DNA of 64,000 nt from Chiloscyllium plagiosum (lineage: Eukaryota). Below the pieces are notes generated by a model that was not told the DNA's origin, did not search any database, and saw only the letters and a list, made by a program, of their open reading frames with translations. Position numbers and translations under genes: made by a program. Position 1 is the first letter of the stretch, and every line of letters begins with the position of its first letter. The stretch spans positions 13,106,145-13,170,144 of the forward strand of contig NC_057731.1 of the NCBI RefSeq assembly GCF_004010195.1, in the 5' to 3' direction. This document shows, one piece after another, positions 38,690 through 50,849 of the stretch.

Positions 38690-39260
38690 TAAGATGTCAA
38701 ATTTATAAGACACTTGTTACACCACAGCTGGAGTGATTGTGTACAATTCTGGGCATCACATTATTAAGAAGGAGAGGAACACAGTGCAGAAAGTGCAGAA
38801 GCAGCTTACTAGAGTGGTAATAAATCTCAACTATGAATTAGATTGAAAGTGCTGTGGCTGTTTTCTTTGGAATGAAGAACGCTATGACCCGATTTGGTAG
38901 AGGTTTTCAAAACCATGAGCAGCCTAGACAGAGTAGATGGGGAGAAACTGTTCCCACTTGTGAAGGATCAAGAACAAGAGGGCATAGATTTAAATTGATC
39001 TGCTAAAGAAGCAAAGGTGAAGTGAGGAAAAGCTATTTCACTCTGCAAGTAGTTAGGGCCTGAAAGTGTGTTAGAGACATGTTCAACTGAGGCATTCAAG
39101 ATGGCATGAGGTGATTATTTGGATAAAAAATAATGTGTAAGAGAATGGAGGGAGGGTAGATGCAGGAGATTGGCACTGGGTAATGATGCTCAGTTGACAG
39201 ACTGGTGCAAACACAAAGGGCAAAATGGCCTCCTTCTGCAGAGTAACAATTCTGTGATTC
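38690..39260 (+). mobile_element. CR1 3' fragment
   Basis: ATTTATAAGACACTTGTTACACCACAGCTGGAG (YKTLVxPQLE) and a downstream CR1 tail. Confidence 0.75.
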
Positions 39261-39967
39261 TCCAAGATTCTGAGAAATGCAGCACTGCAAACGCAGCACA
39301 ACTTGGTGACTCACTATGTCAGTATACTGCCTGAATAACACTTGCAGCCACACTGTACCGGTATAATTGCCATTGAGAAATTCATGGAGAAAGTGAGAAT
39401 GAGATTGGCCTAATACTGATTATTTGGGATTGTATCCCACATCTGAATTTTCCAAGAGCATGGCTGTAATTCACAACAAGAAGAGTGGTGATTTGTTTTG
39501 ATAGACTTCATGCTCCACTGACCATCTCTGTCTTCAGAAACATTCACCAGTGCAATTTGCCAGTCAGGACGCAATGGGGGGAAAAGTAGAAATTTAAGAA
39601 TGTCTCATAGGCCTCTGTTAATTAAAAAGAGTTACAGATTACTAGGGTCATCCATCTCATTATGTCTTTATCCCCTGCCGAAGTTTCTATTCCCTTGAGT
39701 ATAGAAGATTAAATGGTAAGGTAGTCAAGATGTTTCAAATGATTTAAGAATTTGATGGGGTAAATAGTGAGGGACGGTTGGGAAAATCCTTGACAAATGG
39801 CATAGTCTTCACATTAGAGCAAAGACGTTCAATGGTAATTTCAGAGACAGCACTTCTGCACACAAGTAGCCATGGAAATCTATCTCTGTTTCTCGGTGTC
39901 AATTGAAAGCTTCAAAACTGAGATTATTGGATTATTAGTAATTGTGTAAAGGGATATAAGAGATCTT

Positions 39968-40418
39968 TGAGGAGAAAGTGAGGTCTGAAGATGCTGGAGG
40001 TCAGAGCTGAAAATGTGTTGCTGGAAAAGCGCAGCAGGTCAGGCAGCATCCAGGGAACAGGAGAATCGACGTTTCGGGCATAAGCCCTTCTTCAGGGCAA
40101 CACCTTGTCCCAGAGGTGTTGCCTACTTGCGGAGCGTTTCAGAGAACACCTCTGGGACACCCGGACCAACCAACCCAACCATCCCGATCTTCTTCCCGAC
40201 CTCTCCGCCCCCACCCCAGTCTGACCTATCACCCTCACCTTGACCTCTTTCCACCTATCTCATTTCCGACGCTCCTCCCCCAAGTCCCTCCTCCCTACCT
40301 TTTATCTTAGCCTGCTGGACAAACTTTCCTCATTCCTGAAGAAGGGCTTATGCCCGAAATGTCGATTCTCCTGTTCCCTGGATGACCTGCTGCGCTTTTC
40401 CAGCAACACATTTTCAGC
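39968..40418. mobile_element. PLE-derived element (family B) with inverted hammerhead-bearing termini and an internal GIY-YIG fragment
   Basis: CTGAAGA-A-GGGCTTATGCCC-GAAA(C/T)GTC occurs on both strands (40064-40096 minus, 40332-40367 plus). Internal translation LLAERFREHLWDTR. TSD TATAAGAGATCTT at 39955-39967 and 40419-40431. Confidence 0.88.
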
Positions 40419-42110
40419 TATAAGAGATCTTGTAGTGTAGTGGTAGTGTCCTTATCACTAGGCTAGGAGGCTAGAAAGCCAGTGCAAATGATTTTGAGCA
40501 ATAGATCAGTTCGGGACAAGTTTAAGGGGAATGACCTATTCCTGTTCATACAATTGCCAGCAGTTATTGTTCAACTTGTATTACTTTTAGTATAAATAAC
40601 AATAATAATAATAAATGTCATTAGTTCTACAGATATTCAGTTATACCTGCTTCAAGCACTCAAGAACAATAACTGAATATTGTTCTCCCAGTTTATATTT
40701 TAAAACATTCCATCGTCCAAGTGAAGCTCCTCTTCCCTGACCCATCCACTGCCACCTTTCTTGCTAAAATGGTTACTTCATATCTCTCAAATTGTCATGA
40801 AGCCTGACGTTACTCTTTCAACTGATAGTGCTCCAAATGAGCCCATCCTCGTCCCTTCGCTCCTCTGAATGTCACTCATAAATAAGGTGGCAACCCACAG
40901 CATTGTATCTATTCTTTATTGAATTACACCATCAATAAGAACTGTCCCTGATTAACTGGTTCTAAGATCACCATCTTTGGTGTGTTCTGGAGTGGGGAGG
41001 GAATCATGGCTGAGCTTTCTGACCAAGCTGGCTACCTCCTCCTCTTCCTCAGAAAGCACACATTCAAGGTGTATTCCCATTTCTCTTCATTCATTCACAG
41101 CATGTGGGCAATGCCAACATTTATTGCCCAAACAGATTTGCCCTTGAGATGGTGGTAGTCTCCTCACTGCTAACGAAAGCAGCATTGATTCACAAGAAGC
41201 TTAGAAAAATAAGAATTGCATAAAGCTTCATTCAGGTTCCTTGTGGCACTGGAGGAAGAAGAGCATTCGGGCCTGCACTACTGTCACACACCACAAACGT
41301 ACGTGGCTGCACCCATCTCACATCCACACTGCCGGCTGCTTTACCCTGCCTCGGGCTGGTTTTTGGCTTCCACCGATTGGTCACAGCATCACTCACACCA
41401 GTTTCAGTCAGAGCTGAACTACAGAGAAGCCCCTCCTCCCCTTCACCCTGGTCTCATTCCAGCATTGCGTGAAAACAACTTTTCTAATCGAAACCTGTCA
41501 GAAGCTTGTACACTTCTATGAAAAAGCTCCTCAATCTCCTTTGATCCAAGTAAAATTACCCCAACTTCTTCAGCCTCACAGCAACTGAATTACTCCAGTC
41601 AAAGTTTATTGCCTAAATTCTAAAGACAACATTGTGGAATGGACTGCAAAAGATCAGGATCAAGGTCCTTTGCCCCGCTGTCACACTGAGGAGTTTATCC
41701 AGGATTTCTCTTGCACGTCCTATCATAGGTCTCATATTATAAACTGGACTCCATTTTCTAATCAATCTCCAGATGGAGAGATATTGGATGGTCCTTGTTT
41801 CAGATCAAGTTCCTAAACTCAGGTTGTTAGCTCTGGTTGGAGGCATTGATCATGTGACAGTCTGATCACATGTCACCTGACCATTTGATGAATCCCATCT
41901 GATCGTATGGCACAAGTTGCCAGAACTTCTTTCATGTTTCTAGGCCTACACAATGAGTCCCTGTTTGTCAGGAGATAAAGGCCCTCTCAACAAGGCATCA
42001 TTCAAGAGGTCAATAGCAGGAGAGTGGTGCCACACTCCTGAATATGATGCTGCAGAAGATTAATGATGTATCAAAGGCAGGAAAAATGAATGGCATGGGA
42101 TATTCAACCA

Positions 42111-42311
42111 AGCTAAAAATCACACAACACCAGGTTATAGCCCAACAGATTTAATTGGAAGCACAAGCTTTCGAGCGCTGCTCCTTCATTAGGTAGTTGT
42201 ACCAGTGTTCCGAAATATAGTGCTTCCAATTAAATCTGTTGGACTATAACCTGGTGTTGTGTGATTTTTAACTTTGTACACCCCAGTCCAACGCCGGCGT
42301 TTCCAAATCAT
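42111..42311. mobile_element. Fold-back PLE mini-element, family A (internally deleted)
   Basis: Inverted arms; TSD GATATTCAACCA at 42099-42110 and 42312-42323. Confidence 0.85.
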
Positions 42312-43189
42312 GATATTCAACCACATTTTGATGTAGAATCTCAAGTCACCTCACAGTGCCTGTCGAATCCTTCACTGTTGCAGAGAGTCATCAAACAAAC
42401 ACATCTTGCAGGTCACCCTATCTCACTCTGTCTGGGCATTCATTCACAGCACCATCTGATCACCCATCATTGACACTGATCATCATCATAATCCACACAA
42501 CTCTCCTTGAATGTTCTCCTTGTAAGCCTCCATGAATGTTCTCCATCCATCCTTTCAGTCCATTCATTTCACTAACTCAGAAAGCCTCTGTTTCCACTCT
42601 TGCAGGAGAAGAGATCGGAGAACACACAGCAGAGCAGAGAACCAGAGCTGATCTTGCCACCATCTGCACACTGACATTCATGGAGAGAGAAATGTGGAAG
42701 TGGAGTCAAGTCACTTTGTGCCTGGCCATTGGACGTAGAGATCTGCTGCTGTCTTAGTGATAAAATAAAATGTCAGACAGCGACATGGTTGACAACACTC
42801 ACTCTTGTTGAAATGATGGTAGCAGCCATTGAAATAGGATAACATTGTAGCACAGAAGGAGGTCAATCAGTCTTTCAAGTCTTGTCAGATATCTGGGCAG
42901 GAATCCAGTCAGTCCTTTACCCCTGCCACGATTTTAAAATGTTTACTTCCTTCGAGTGTCCTTCCAATTTCTTTTCAAAATTGTTCAGGATTTTTCCTTT
43001 CATCATTGTCATAGGAAACAGGTCATAGGTCATTACTGCTACCCATGTAAAAATAGTGTACCTCTTCATTGCATCTCTCACCCAAAATGGTAAATCTCTG
43101 CCCCTCCCCCAACCCCGCTACCTTCCTCTGTACCATTACATGGGAAGAACTTATCCTTGTCTACCGTATTGAAACCTGCCAAAAACTTG

Positions 43190-44074
43190 TGGAATGGACT
43201 GCAAAAGATCAGGATGAAGGCTCTTCGCCATTAACATGAAGGGAACGACTGGGGGAGAATATTCTGGAAGTGTCCACCCACTTATTGCCCAGGACTGGTT
43301 GAGGTATCCATGGTCTGGTGGATGGGTGGTGATGCTCCAGGCCAGTCCCAAGGATTGAGCAGCTTAGAGATGCTGAGATCAATTTATCATGGGAGAGCTA
43401 CTGAAGTAGCTCACATCAATGGATTCCAACGAAGGGTCTGAGGAATATGGTAAACAGGTAAAATGGAGATTCGTCAAGCAGTTTGTGCTTGTTGTGTGTT
43501 TCTATGTGAGTGAACATAATTGGAACAATAGGCACCTATAACATTATGCACACCCAGGTTCTAGCACCTCTCTCCCTGGAGATAAACTGGGCTGGTTGTT
43601 TTGGTTGAACGGTCTCAGCTGCTAGTTTCACAGTCAGGGAAGAAAGCACATTGAGCGCAGTTCTCTCTCAACTCACTGCTGGACGTTTTGGTGGAGCACG
43701 AACTTGCCATTTGATCAGCATAATGAGGTAAAGAAATTATTGAAATTCTACCTGTTTTAGACAGGTAAATTTGTAGGTTATTGAAAAAGGAGCTCATTTT
43801 CAGAATTATTTTGCTATAAATGACAAAGGAACTAATACACTTAAAGCAGGATTACTTGTCACAGTGAGGCATACAGGTAAATGTTTACTGTTGCACTGGA
43901 ACTAGTGAGTGTCAGAAGAAATAAGAGTCAAAAGGCAATTTATAGTGTTTTGTCAGGTACTCTTTTAAGGAAAACCAACCTTGAATGTCTGAATGAAAAT
44001 TCAAAAACACACAAATTAAACTTTAATTAATCTCCACACTGTCATAATGTTGAATCAAATATTTTGTAAATGTT
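43190..44074 (+). repeat. Direct duplicate of ~56997-57900 (promoter, exon 1 and intron start of IFIT copies C and D)
   Basis: Colinear shared blocks: GCAAAAGATCAGGAT, GGAATATGGTAAACAGGTAAAATGGAGATT, TTGCCATTTGATCA.CATAATGAGGTAAA and CTGTCATAATGTTGA. A further block at 41490-41680 matches 56860-57040. Confidence 0.9.
43723..43727 (+). CDS. IFIT5-like: IFIT copy C probable exon 1 coding part (ATG AG)
   Basis: ataATGAG|GTAAAG is conserved with copy D. Phase 2 fits the acceptor ending at 51802, giving MSATQKDALK. Confidence 0.65.
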
Positions 44075-44187
44075 GAGAGAAAGTGAGGACTGCAGATGCT
44101 GGAGATCAGAATCGAGAGTGTAGTGCTGGAAAAGCACAGCAGGTCAGGCAGCATCCAATTCTCCCATTTTTCCAGCACCACATCTTG
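44075..44187. mobile_element. Family B PLE-end micro-insertion with a partial inversion
   Basis: GAGAAAGTGAGGACTGCAGATGCTGG... TSD ATT(T/C)TGTAAATGTT at 44061-44074 and 44188-44201. Absent from the paralogous intron of copy D. Confidence 0.8.
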
Positions 44188-44304
44188 ATTCTGTAAATGT
44201 TCTCAAACAGATGTGATGAAACATGACTATCTGGAGTGATAAACTTACATAAAACTGTGAATTGTGGCTCCTCCTGATGAATGAACTTAATCTCATTCAG
44301 GACT

Positions 44305-44519
44305 AAGAATAACACAACGCTAGGTTATAGTCCAACAGACTTATTTGGAAGCACTAGCTTTCTAAGCACTGCTCCTTCAGCAGATGGTTTAATCACAACC
44401 ACCCGATGAAGGAGCAGCGTTTGGAAAGTGAGTGCTTCCAAAAAACCTGTTGGACTATAACCTGGCGTTGTGTGATTTTTAACTTTATCCACTCTGGTCC
44501 AACACCGGCTCCTCCAAAA
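44305..44519. mobile_element. Fold-back PLE mini-element, family A (older)
   Basis: Inverted arms; TSD CATTCAGGACT at 44294-44304 and 44520-44530. Confidence 0.85.
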
Positions 44520-45004
44520 CATTCAGGACTGTAATTCCCAGGATAACAGAAAACACATAACATTGCAGAATGTAACTGGCTATCTCTGATGTGAATTTGG
44601 TTGCAGTGGTCACTGAGCTGGTAAGGAGAAGGTGGGATTAAAAACTTGCTGCAGTCACTCCTGCGAGGTACCATCGCTCCAGAGCAGCTTAATCCTGCTC
44701 TCTGCTCCAGTAACTGTTCAATCTCCATGTCTCCCCTTCTCTATTCATTAATAGGCGTCATAAATAGTCATAAATATTATTCAGATGCAAAACAAATTTA
44801 CCTTTAAAATACAATTTGAGTTATTCCTAATTTTATTATCCTAATATTGTGTGTCTGTTGGTGTTTGAAGTTACTAACAATTAAATAAAAAGATAGACCT
44901 ATATATAACATGTTTCACAACCTCAGAAAAGCCCAATGCATTTTGCAATCAGCAAAGCGGCTTTAAAGTGTAGTCACTGTTGTATTTTAAGAGGTAATTA
45001 TAAA

Positions 45005-45322
45005 ATGCTGCCTCACAACACCAGGGACCCAGGTTTGATTCCAGCCTCAGACAACTGTCTGTGCGGAGTTTACATGTTCTCCCCGTGTCTGCATGAGTTT
45101 CCTCTGGGTGCTCCGGTTTCCTCCCACAGTCCAAAGATGTGCAGGTTAGGTGGATTAGCCATGCTAAATTGTCCATAGAGTCTAGGGATATGCAGGTTAG
45201 GTGGAGTAGCTGTGGGAAATGCAGGGTTACTGGGATAGAGTAGATCTGGGAGGGCTGGTGTTCAGAGGGTTGGCGTGGATCTGATGGGCTGAAAGGCCTG
45301 ATTCCACAGTGTAGAGATTCTA
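45005..45322 (+). mobile_element. HE1/V-SINE-like SINE, 5'-clipped
   Basis: B box GGTTTGATTCC, V-SINE-like core and GATTCTATG tail. Confidence 0.85.
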
Positions 45323-47411
45323 TGAAGCACACATGATTTGCACATGCCAAGTTACACAATCTGTTTTGGCGATGTCTGCAAAGGGCTTACATATCAGCCG
45401 GGGCAATGTGAAGATCTCCCTTGTTCTTCCAACAGCACCATCGGAAACCTCACACCCACCTAAGAGGCCAGAGTGAGCCTTATTTGAATATCTCACTCAA
45501 ATGCTGATGTCCCTACCGTGAGACACCTCCCTCAGCATCGGCAGTGCCAACCTCAGTCACAAGGCCAGTTGTGTGGAGTGGGGATTGAACCCGCAATTTG
45601 CCGACTTAGACTTAACAAATGCATGAGGTATGATAATGGCTAAGACCAGCTGGAAAAAGTTTGAAAATATTGCTCTGAAGTATCAGGGTGAACACAAATA
45701 AAGAGTGTTTTTCCCAAATTATAATGAGCAGGAGGCCACCAGAGTAAACAAAAAGCCTTAATATGGGTGCACAGTCAGCTGGGACACTGAAAAACACAAC
45801 ATCTGACTTTGTTTTCTGGGCCTCTGGGATGTTTGGCCAAAGGATCTCATCGCAGGCTCTCTGAGCTAGCATTGCAGAGACTAATACTTCATAGTTTTAA
45901 CAAAAAACGCACAGAATTTCATACTGCACACTGCGCCTTAACCTTAGTACAGTGCAGGAAAAGCAAACTCATTTACCCGCAGGAAAAGCCAGGTGTAGTC
46001 GTTTGAAGTGAAAGGCAAAGGCTGGAAATTCACCAGGAACTGGTTGGGAATTACAGAAAGGATGGGGGCGGGGTGGAATTGGAAGAGAATGGCCACAGGC
46101 ACATGGGGTAGATGGAGCAGAGAAAGAGCTGGGCTGGCTGAAGGATGAAGGATTGGACAGCAAGAAAGCATGAAAAAATTTGCATTGAACTAACACCTCA
46201 TCACATCTTGTAGGAATGTCCCCTCTACCATTCCGGTGAAATTATTTATTTTGAAATACATTCATTGTAGATTTGAGGGGAAATATGATAACTCAGTTGT
46301 GTGACAATAACTTGCATTTATGTAGCACCTTCTGATATGATGTGGTTCTCTCTATGTTAGTGCTTGTAACACATACTGCAGAGAGTTGTATTGTTTTTGA
46401 AATAAATATAATTGGAGTTTATTAACAAATAACAATGAACATAATATGATACTTTAAACTTGCATACGCAGTCTGGGTTATATGCCCACTTAGATTGTTG
46501 CTATATTCCATATATTGTTGACTTTCTGATTCTCAGAATAACCAGCAGAATGGCTGGTAGTTTAGCTATCAGACTAACTGTATGACTGGACAGAGAATAA
46601 AATATAGACCGCTGTGTTATCAAGCTGCTTTAAAGATATACCATTTTTCTTAATTTAGTGTATTACAGCGGCACAGGAATGTAATCAGACAAAAACTGAG
46701 GCAAGAACTGATACAAAGAAAAAGAAGGAACTGCTTAGAGGGTGAAAATAAGTTGAATAGAATGGGTAATTTTTAAGGAGAGGTTGTCTTGAATTCTGAG
46801 ATTTTGGAACTCTCGGGGCTGAACCCAACAGTGGGTGAGAGGGGGATGGACACAAAGCCAGAGATTGGTGAATGCAGAGCCCCCAGCGAATTCTAGGGCT
46901 GAAGGAGATCACAGAGACAGGCAAGGGTGAGATCATGAAGGGACTTGAACACCAGGGTGACATTATTCCTTCTGTGATATTTGCGAACTGGAGCCAATGG
47001 AAGTCAGAAAGACCAAACGTAATGGATGATGGAGGAGAGGAACTTATGCATGTCACAGAACTTTGTGAAATGCAGCAGATTGAGAAACTGGCTGGGAAGT
47101 CGTTTAGGTAATTGAGTCTAATGTGTGAGGGGTTCAGTAGAAGATGGGCTGCTGCACTTGCAGACAAGGTGATGCTAGAGGGATAGATCTAGATGGTCTT
47201 TGTGATGGCGAGGATCTGATGCTGCTTAACTTACAAAGGTGTTCAAAGGTAGCAACACAATGAATGGCCACCAGCTGTTTTCGGTGGTGTAGCTCAGGGA
47301 AAGGAAGATTGTTGGAAAGTGCAACTTTTTCTTTTGCTTCAAATAATGCCCTAGAAACCTTAACTTCATCTGAATCACCAGAACAGCTCAAGTCTGCCTT
47401 GCTGAAGAATG

Positions 47412-47635
47412 ATTTGGAGATGCCGCTGTTGGACTGGGGTGTACAAAGTTAAAAATCACACAACACCAGGTTATAGTCCAACAGGTTTAATTGGAAGCAC
47501 ACTAGCTTTCGGAGGGACGCTCATTCATCAGGTGATAGTCCGGCTATCACCTGATGAAGGAGCGTCGCTCTGAAAGCTAGTGCGCTTCCAATTAAACCTG
47601 TTGGACTATAACCTGGTGTTGTGTGATTTTTAACT
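47412..47635. mobile_element. Fold-back PLE mini-element, family A (near-perfect ~95-bp stem)
   Basis: Arms at 47444-47538 and 47544-47638; TSD TTGCTGAAGAATG at 47399-47411 and 47636-47648. Confidence 0.9.
47548..47582 (+). ncRNA. Minimal hammerhead ribozyme motif (family A)
   Basis: CAC-CTGATGA-A-GGAGC GTC GCTCT-GAAA-G-CTA-GTG: stem I CAC/GTG, stem II, palindromic AGCT stem III and a CUA cleavage triplet. Confidence 0.65.
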
Positions 47636-47941
47636 TTGCTGAAGAATGCGCACTGGATGATATTCATCCAGATTAGAATAAGTTTACTAAATGTAGGGCA
47701 GGATTTTATGCAGTTCTTTGGACTCTACACACTCCTCATTCTCACAAAAAGTGTCAAAGGGAGTCCACTCCAGATACAGGCAGCTGCTGCCCTTCATTAA
47801 TATTTCTGGGAACAGCAGAAATTGCTTTCAAAAAAGACTTTCTCACATATCTCAGGAGTAAGGCCCTGCCTTCGAGAGCAACTGGCCATTTTTGTCAGGC
47901 AGCAGCTCTGTTGTCCCAGCAGCACCAAGGTTGGGACTGCA

Positions 47942-48103
47942 CGAAGGTGGAAGTGGGTACTGCAGATGGTGGAGATTAGAGTCAATCCTCATTGTGGCCT
48001 CATTCCTGATGAAGGACTTTTGCCCGAAACGGTGATTTTCCTGCTCCTTGGATTCTGCCTGACCTGCTGTGCATTTCCAGCACCACTCTAATCTTGTCAC
48101 TAC
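47942..48103. mobile_element. Family B-like PLE-end insertion
   Basis: CTGATGAAGGACTTTTGCCCGAAAC core with a mutated cleavage triplet; TSD TGGGACTGCA at 47932-47941 and 48104-48113. Confidence 0.75.
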
Positions 48104-48189
48104 TGGGACTGCAGGCAGTCCCCAAACAAGGTGGAGCCTTGGGGTCTGGGAGTAGGCTTTGAGAAGCTGGTGTTGGGGAGGAAACATAA

Positions 48190-48577
48190 TAATGTAAGAA
48201 ATAGGAGCAAGAGTAGGCCAATATTTAAAATCATGGCTGAACTGCCCCTGGCCTCAGATCCTCTTTAGTGCCAGCTCCTCATAGCCCTCAATTCCTTAAT
48301 ATTTCAAAACTCTACCTCCCTCCTCTTTAAATCCTTTCAATGATGCAGCCTCCACAACTCACTTGGATAAAGAATTCCAGACATTCACAACCCTCTGAGT
48401 GGAAGCATCGTCACAGCATCTACCCTGTCAAGTCCACTCACAATCCTGTATGTGTCAATAAGATCATTCCTCATTTTTCTAACTTGTAACAAATAAAGGC
48501 TGAACCTGATTAGCTGTCCTTGATAAGTCAACCCTTCATCCCAGCTGAGTGAATCTCTTTTGAACTGTCTCCAATAC
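48190..48577 (-). mobile_element. CR1 3' fragment (probably continued at 50400-50730)
   Basis: CR1 tail on the minus strand. ORF 50567-50779 (NLQRDIGRLSEWTKLW) is upstream RT in the same orientation. Confidence 0.75.
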
Positions 48578-48579
48578 AG

Positions 48580-48985
48580 GGAGAAAGTGAGGATTGCAGA
48601 TGCTGGAGATCAGGGTCAAAAGGTGTGGCACTGGAAAAGCACAGCAGGTCAGTCAGCATCTGAGGAGCAGAAAAGTCAACATTTAGGCCACACATGTACT
48701 CAACAACCCCACCACCCCATGGCTGACCACTTCAACGCCCCCTCCCACTCTGCCAAGGACTTGCGAGTCCTGGGCCTCCTCCACCACCAAATCCAAGTCA
48801 CCTGATGCCTGGACAATGGACGCCTCATATTCTGTCTTGGAACCCTCCAACGACATGGCATCAACATTGACTTGACCAGTTTCCTCATTTCCCCTCCCCC
48901 CCCACCTTATTGCAGATCTAACCCTCCAATTTGGCACCGCCCTCTTGACCTGTCCTACCTGTCCATCTTCCTTCCCACCTCCCCG
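48580..48985. mobile_element. PLE fragment: inverted terminus plus GIY-YIG C-terminus on the plus strand, running into gap 48986-49437
   Basis: GGAGAAAGTGAGGATTGCAGATGCTGG terminus, then MADHFNAPSHSAKDLRVLGLLH..LIFCLGTLQRHGINID. Confidence 0.8.
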
Positions 48986-49437
48986 NNNNNNNNNNNNNNN
49001 NNNNNNNNNNNNNNNNNNNNNNNNNNNNNNNNNNNNNNNNNNNNNNNNNNNNNNNNNNNNNNNNNNNNNNNNNNNNNNNNNNNNNNNNNNNNNNNNNNNN
49101 NNNNNNNNNNNNNNNNNNNNNNNNNNNNNNNNNNNNNNNNNNNNNNNNNNNNNNNNNNNNNNNNNNNNNNNNNNNNNNNNNNNNNNNNNNNNNNNNNNNN
49201 NNNNNNNNNNNNNNNNNNNNNNNNNNNNNNNNNNNNNNNNNNNNNNNNNNNNNNNNNNNNNNNNNNNNNNNNNNNNNNNNNNNNNNNNNNNNNNNNNNNN
49301 NNNNNNNNNNNNNNNNNNNNNNNNNNNNNNNNNNNNNNNNNNNNNNNNNNNNNNNNNNNNNNNNNNNNNNNNNNNNNNNNNNNNNNNNNNNNNNNNNNNN
49401 NNNNNNNNNNNNNNNNNNNNNNNNNNNNNNNNNNNNN

Positions 49438-50257
49438 ATTTAAATTGATTGGCTAAATTCGGGCTTGTTGTCTTGGCAGCAAAACAAAGCTTATACCTGG
49501 GTTACAAACCTCACAGCTCTTGTGTTTTCTCATTGATTTTCTATCAGGAACGCCTTCTCCTTCGAATTCTTGTGTTAGGAATTTGGACGGTGTGCCGCAA
49601 TACCATGGTAAATAGATGGTGCTTACTCTAAGAGCTGAGAGCTAATATCTCTTGGGAAGATGGCAGTTGGTTCTCCTATTAATTTTCAAATGCCCTCTTC
49701 TTTTATACTTTTGATGATCTATCAACATTTTTACAATTGGATTGGTCCTTGGTTGTCAAAACCATCAGATTTAAATTTAATAGGTTTTTGTTAGTTCAGG
49801 GTCTGATTTAAATTGATTGGCTAAATTCGGACTTGTTGTCTTGACAGCAAAACAAAGCTTATACCTGGATTACAAACCTCACAGCTCTTGTGTTTTCTCA
49901 TTGATTTTCTATCAGGAACGCCTTCTCCTTCGAATTCTTGTGTTAGGAATTTGGACGGTGTGCCGCAATACCATGGTAAATAGATGGTGCTTACTCTAAG
50001 AGCTGAGAGCTAATATCTCTTGGGAAGATGGCAGTTGGTTCTCCTATTAATTTTCAAATGCCCTCTTCTTTTATACTTTTGATGATCTATCAACATTTTT
50101 ACAATTGGATTGGTCCTTGGTTGTCAAAACCATCAGATTTAAATTTAATAGGTTTTTGTTAGTTCAGGGTCTGATTTAAATTGATTGGCTAAATTCGGAC
50201 TTGTTGTCTTGACAGCAAAACAAAGCTTATACCTGGATTACAAACCTCACAGCTCTT
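49438..50257 (-). repeat. 368-bp tandem repeat (at least 2.2 copies), probably a multiplied U3 region of an LTR starting TGTAAAAT at 50383
   Basis: Near-identical units start at 49438, 49806 and 50174. Each full unit has CCAAT boxes and TATAAAAG on the minus strand. Confidence 0.85.
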
Positions 50258-50849
50258 TTAATACAAATGCTTCAATTCAGGGGCTCTGTGTACCTGCAAA
50301 CCCACAGACGTCCTTTTTGAATCACGAAGCACAGAGAAAAAACATCTTTTAAAGGGACCACGCAATGCTTTCCCCATTTTACAATTTTATACCCACTAAC
50401 TTTGCAATAACTTACATGATAACTTTTGGTGTTTCATGCACAAGAACACCCAGGTCTCTCAGCACTTTACTTTTTTTAGAGTTCTGTCTCCATTTAAATA
50501 TTAGTCTGCCTTTGGATTCCTCCTACTAAAGTGCATGCGCTCAAATCTCCCTATATTAGAGTCCATCTACCAAAGTTTTGTCCACTCACTCAACCTACCT
50601 ATGTCCCTTTGCAGATTCCTCATTTCCTGGTTACACCATGACCTCCCAGCTAATTCTTTTACTATAAGCAAATTTGGATACATTGCTCTCTGCTCTCCGC
50701 TCCACGTCATTAATATAGATGATAAATAGTGAAGAGAAAAGAGAAGTTGGATCTTGGAAAAGAAGGCTCCAATAGACAAACAAAACCCTAAGGGCCTTGG
50801 CTAACACCAGCCAATGCTTCCCCCAGCCCCATTCAATTTGAAATACATA

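Noticed and set aside
49449-49999. Duplicated 60-aa ORFs
   Set aside because: TTG-started by-products of the 368-bp tandem repeat with no recognisable homology.
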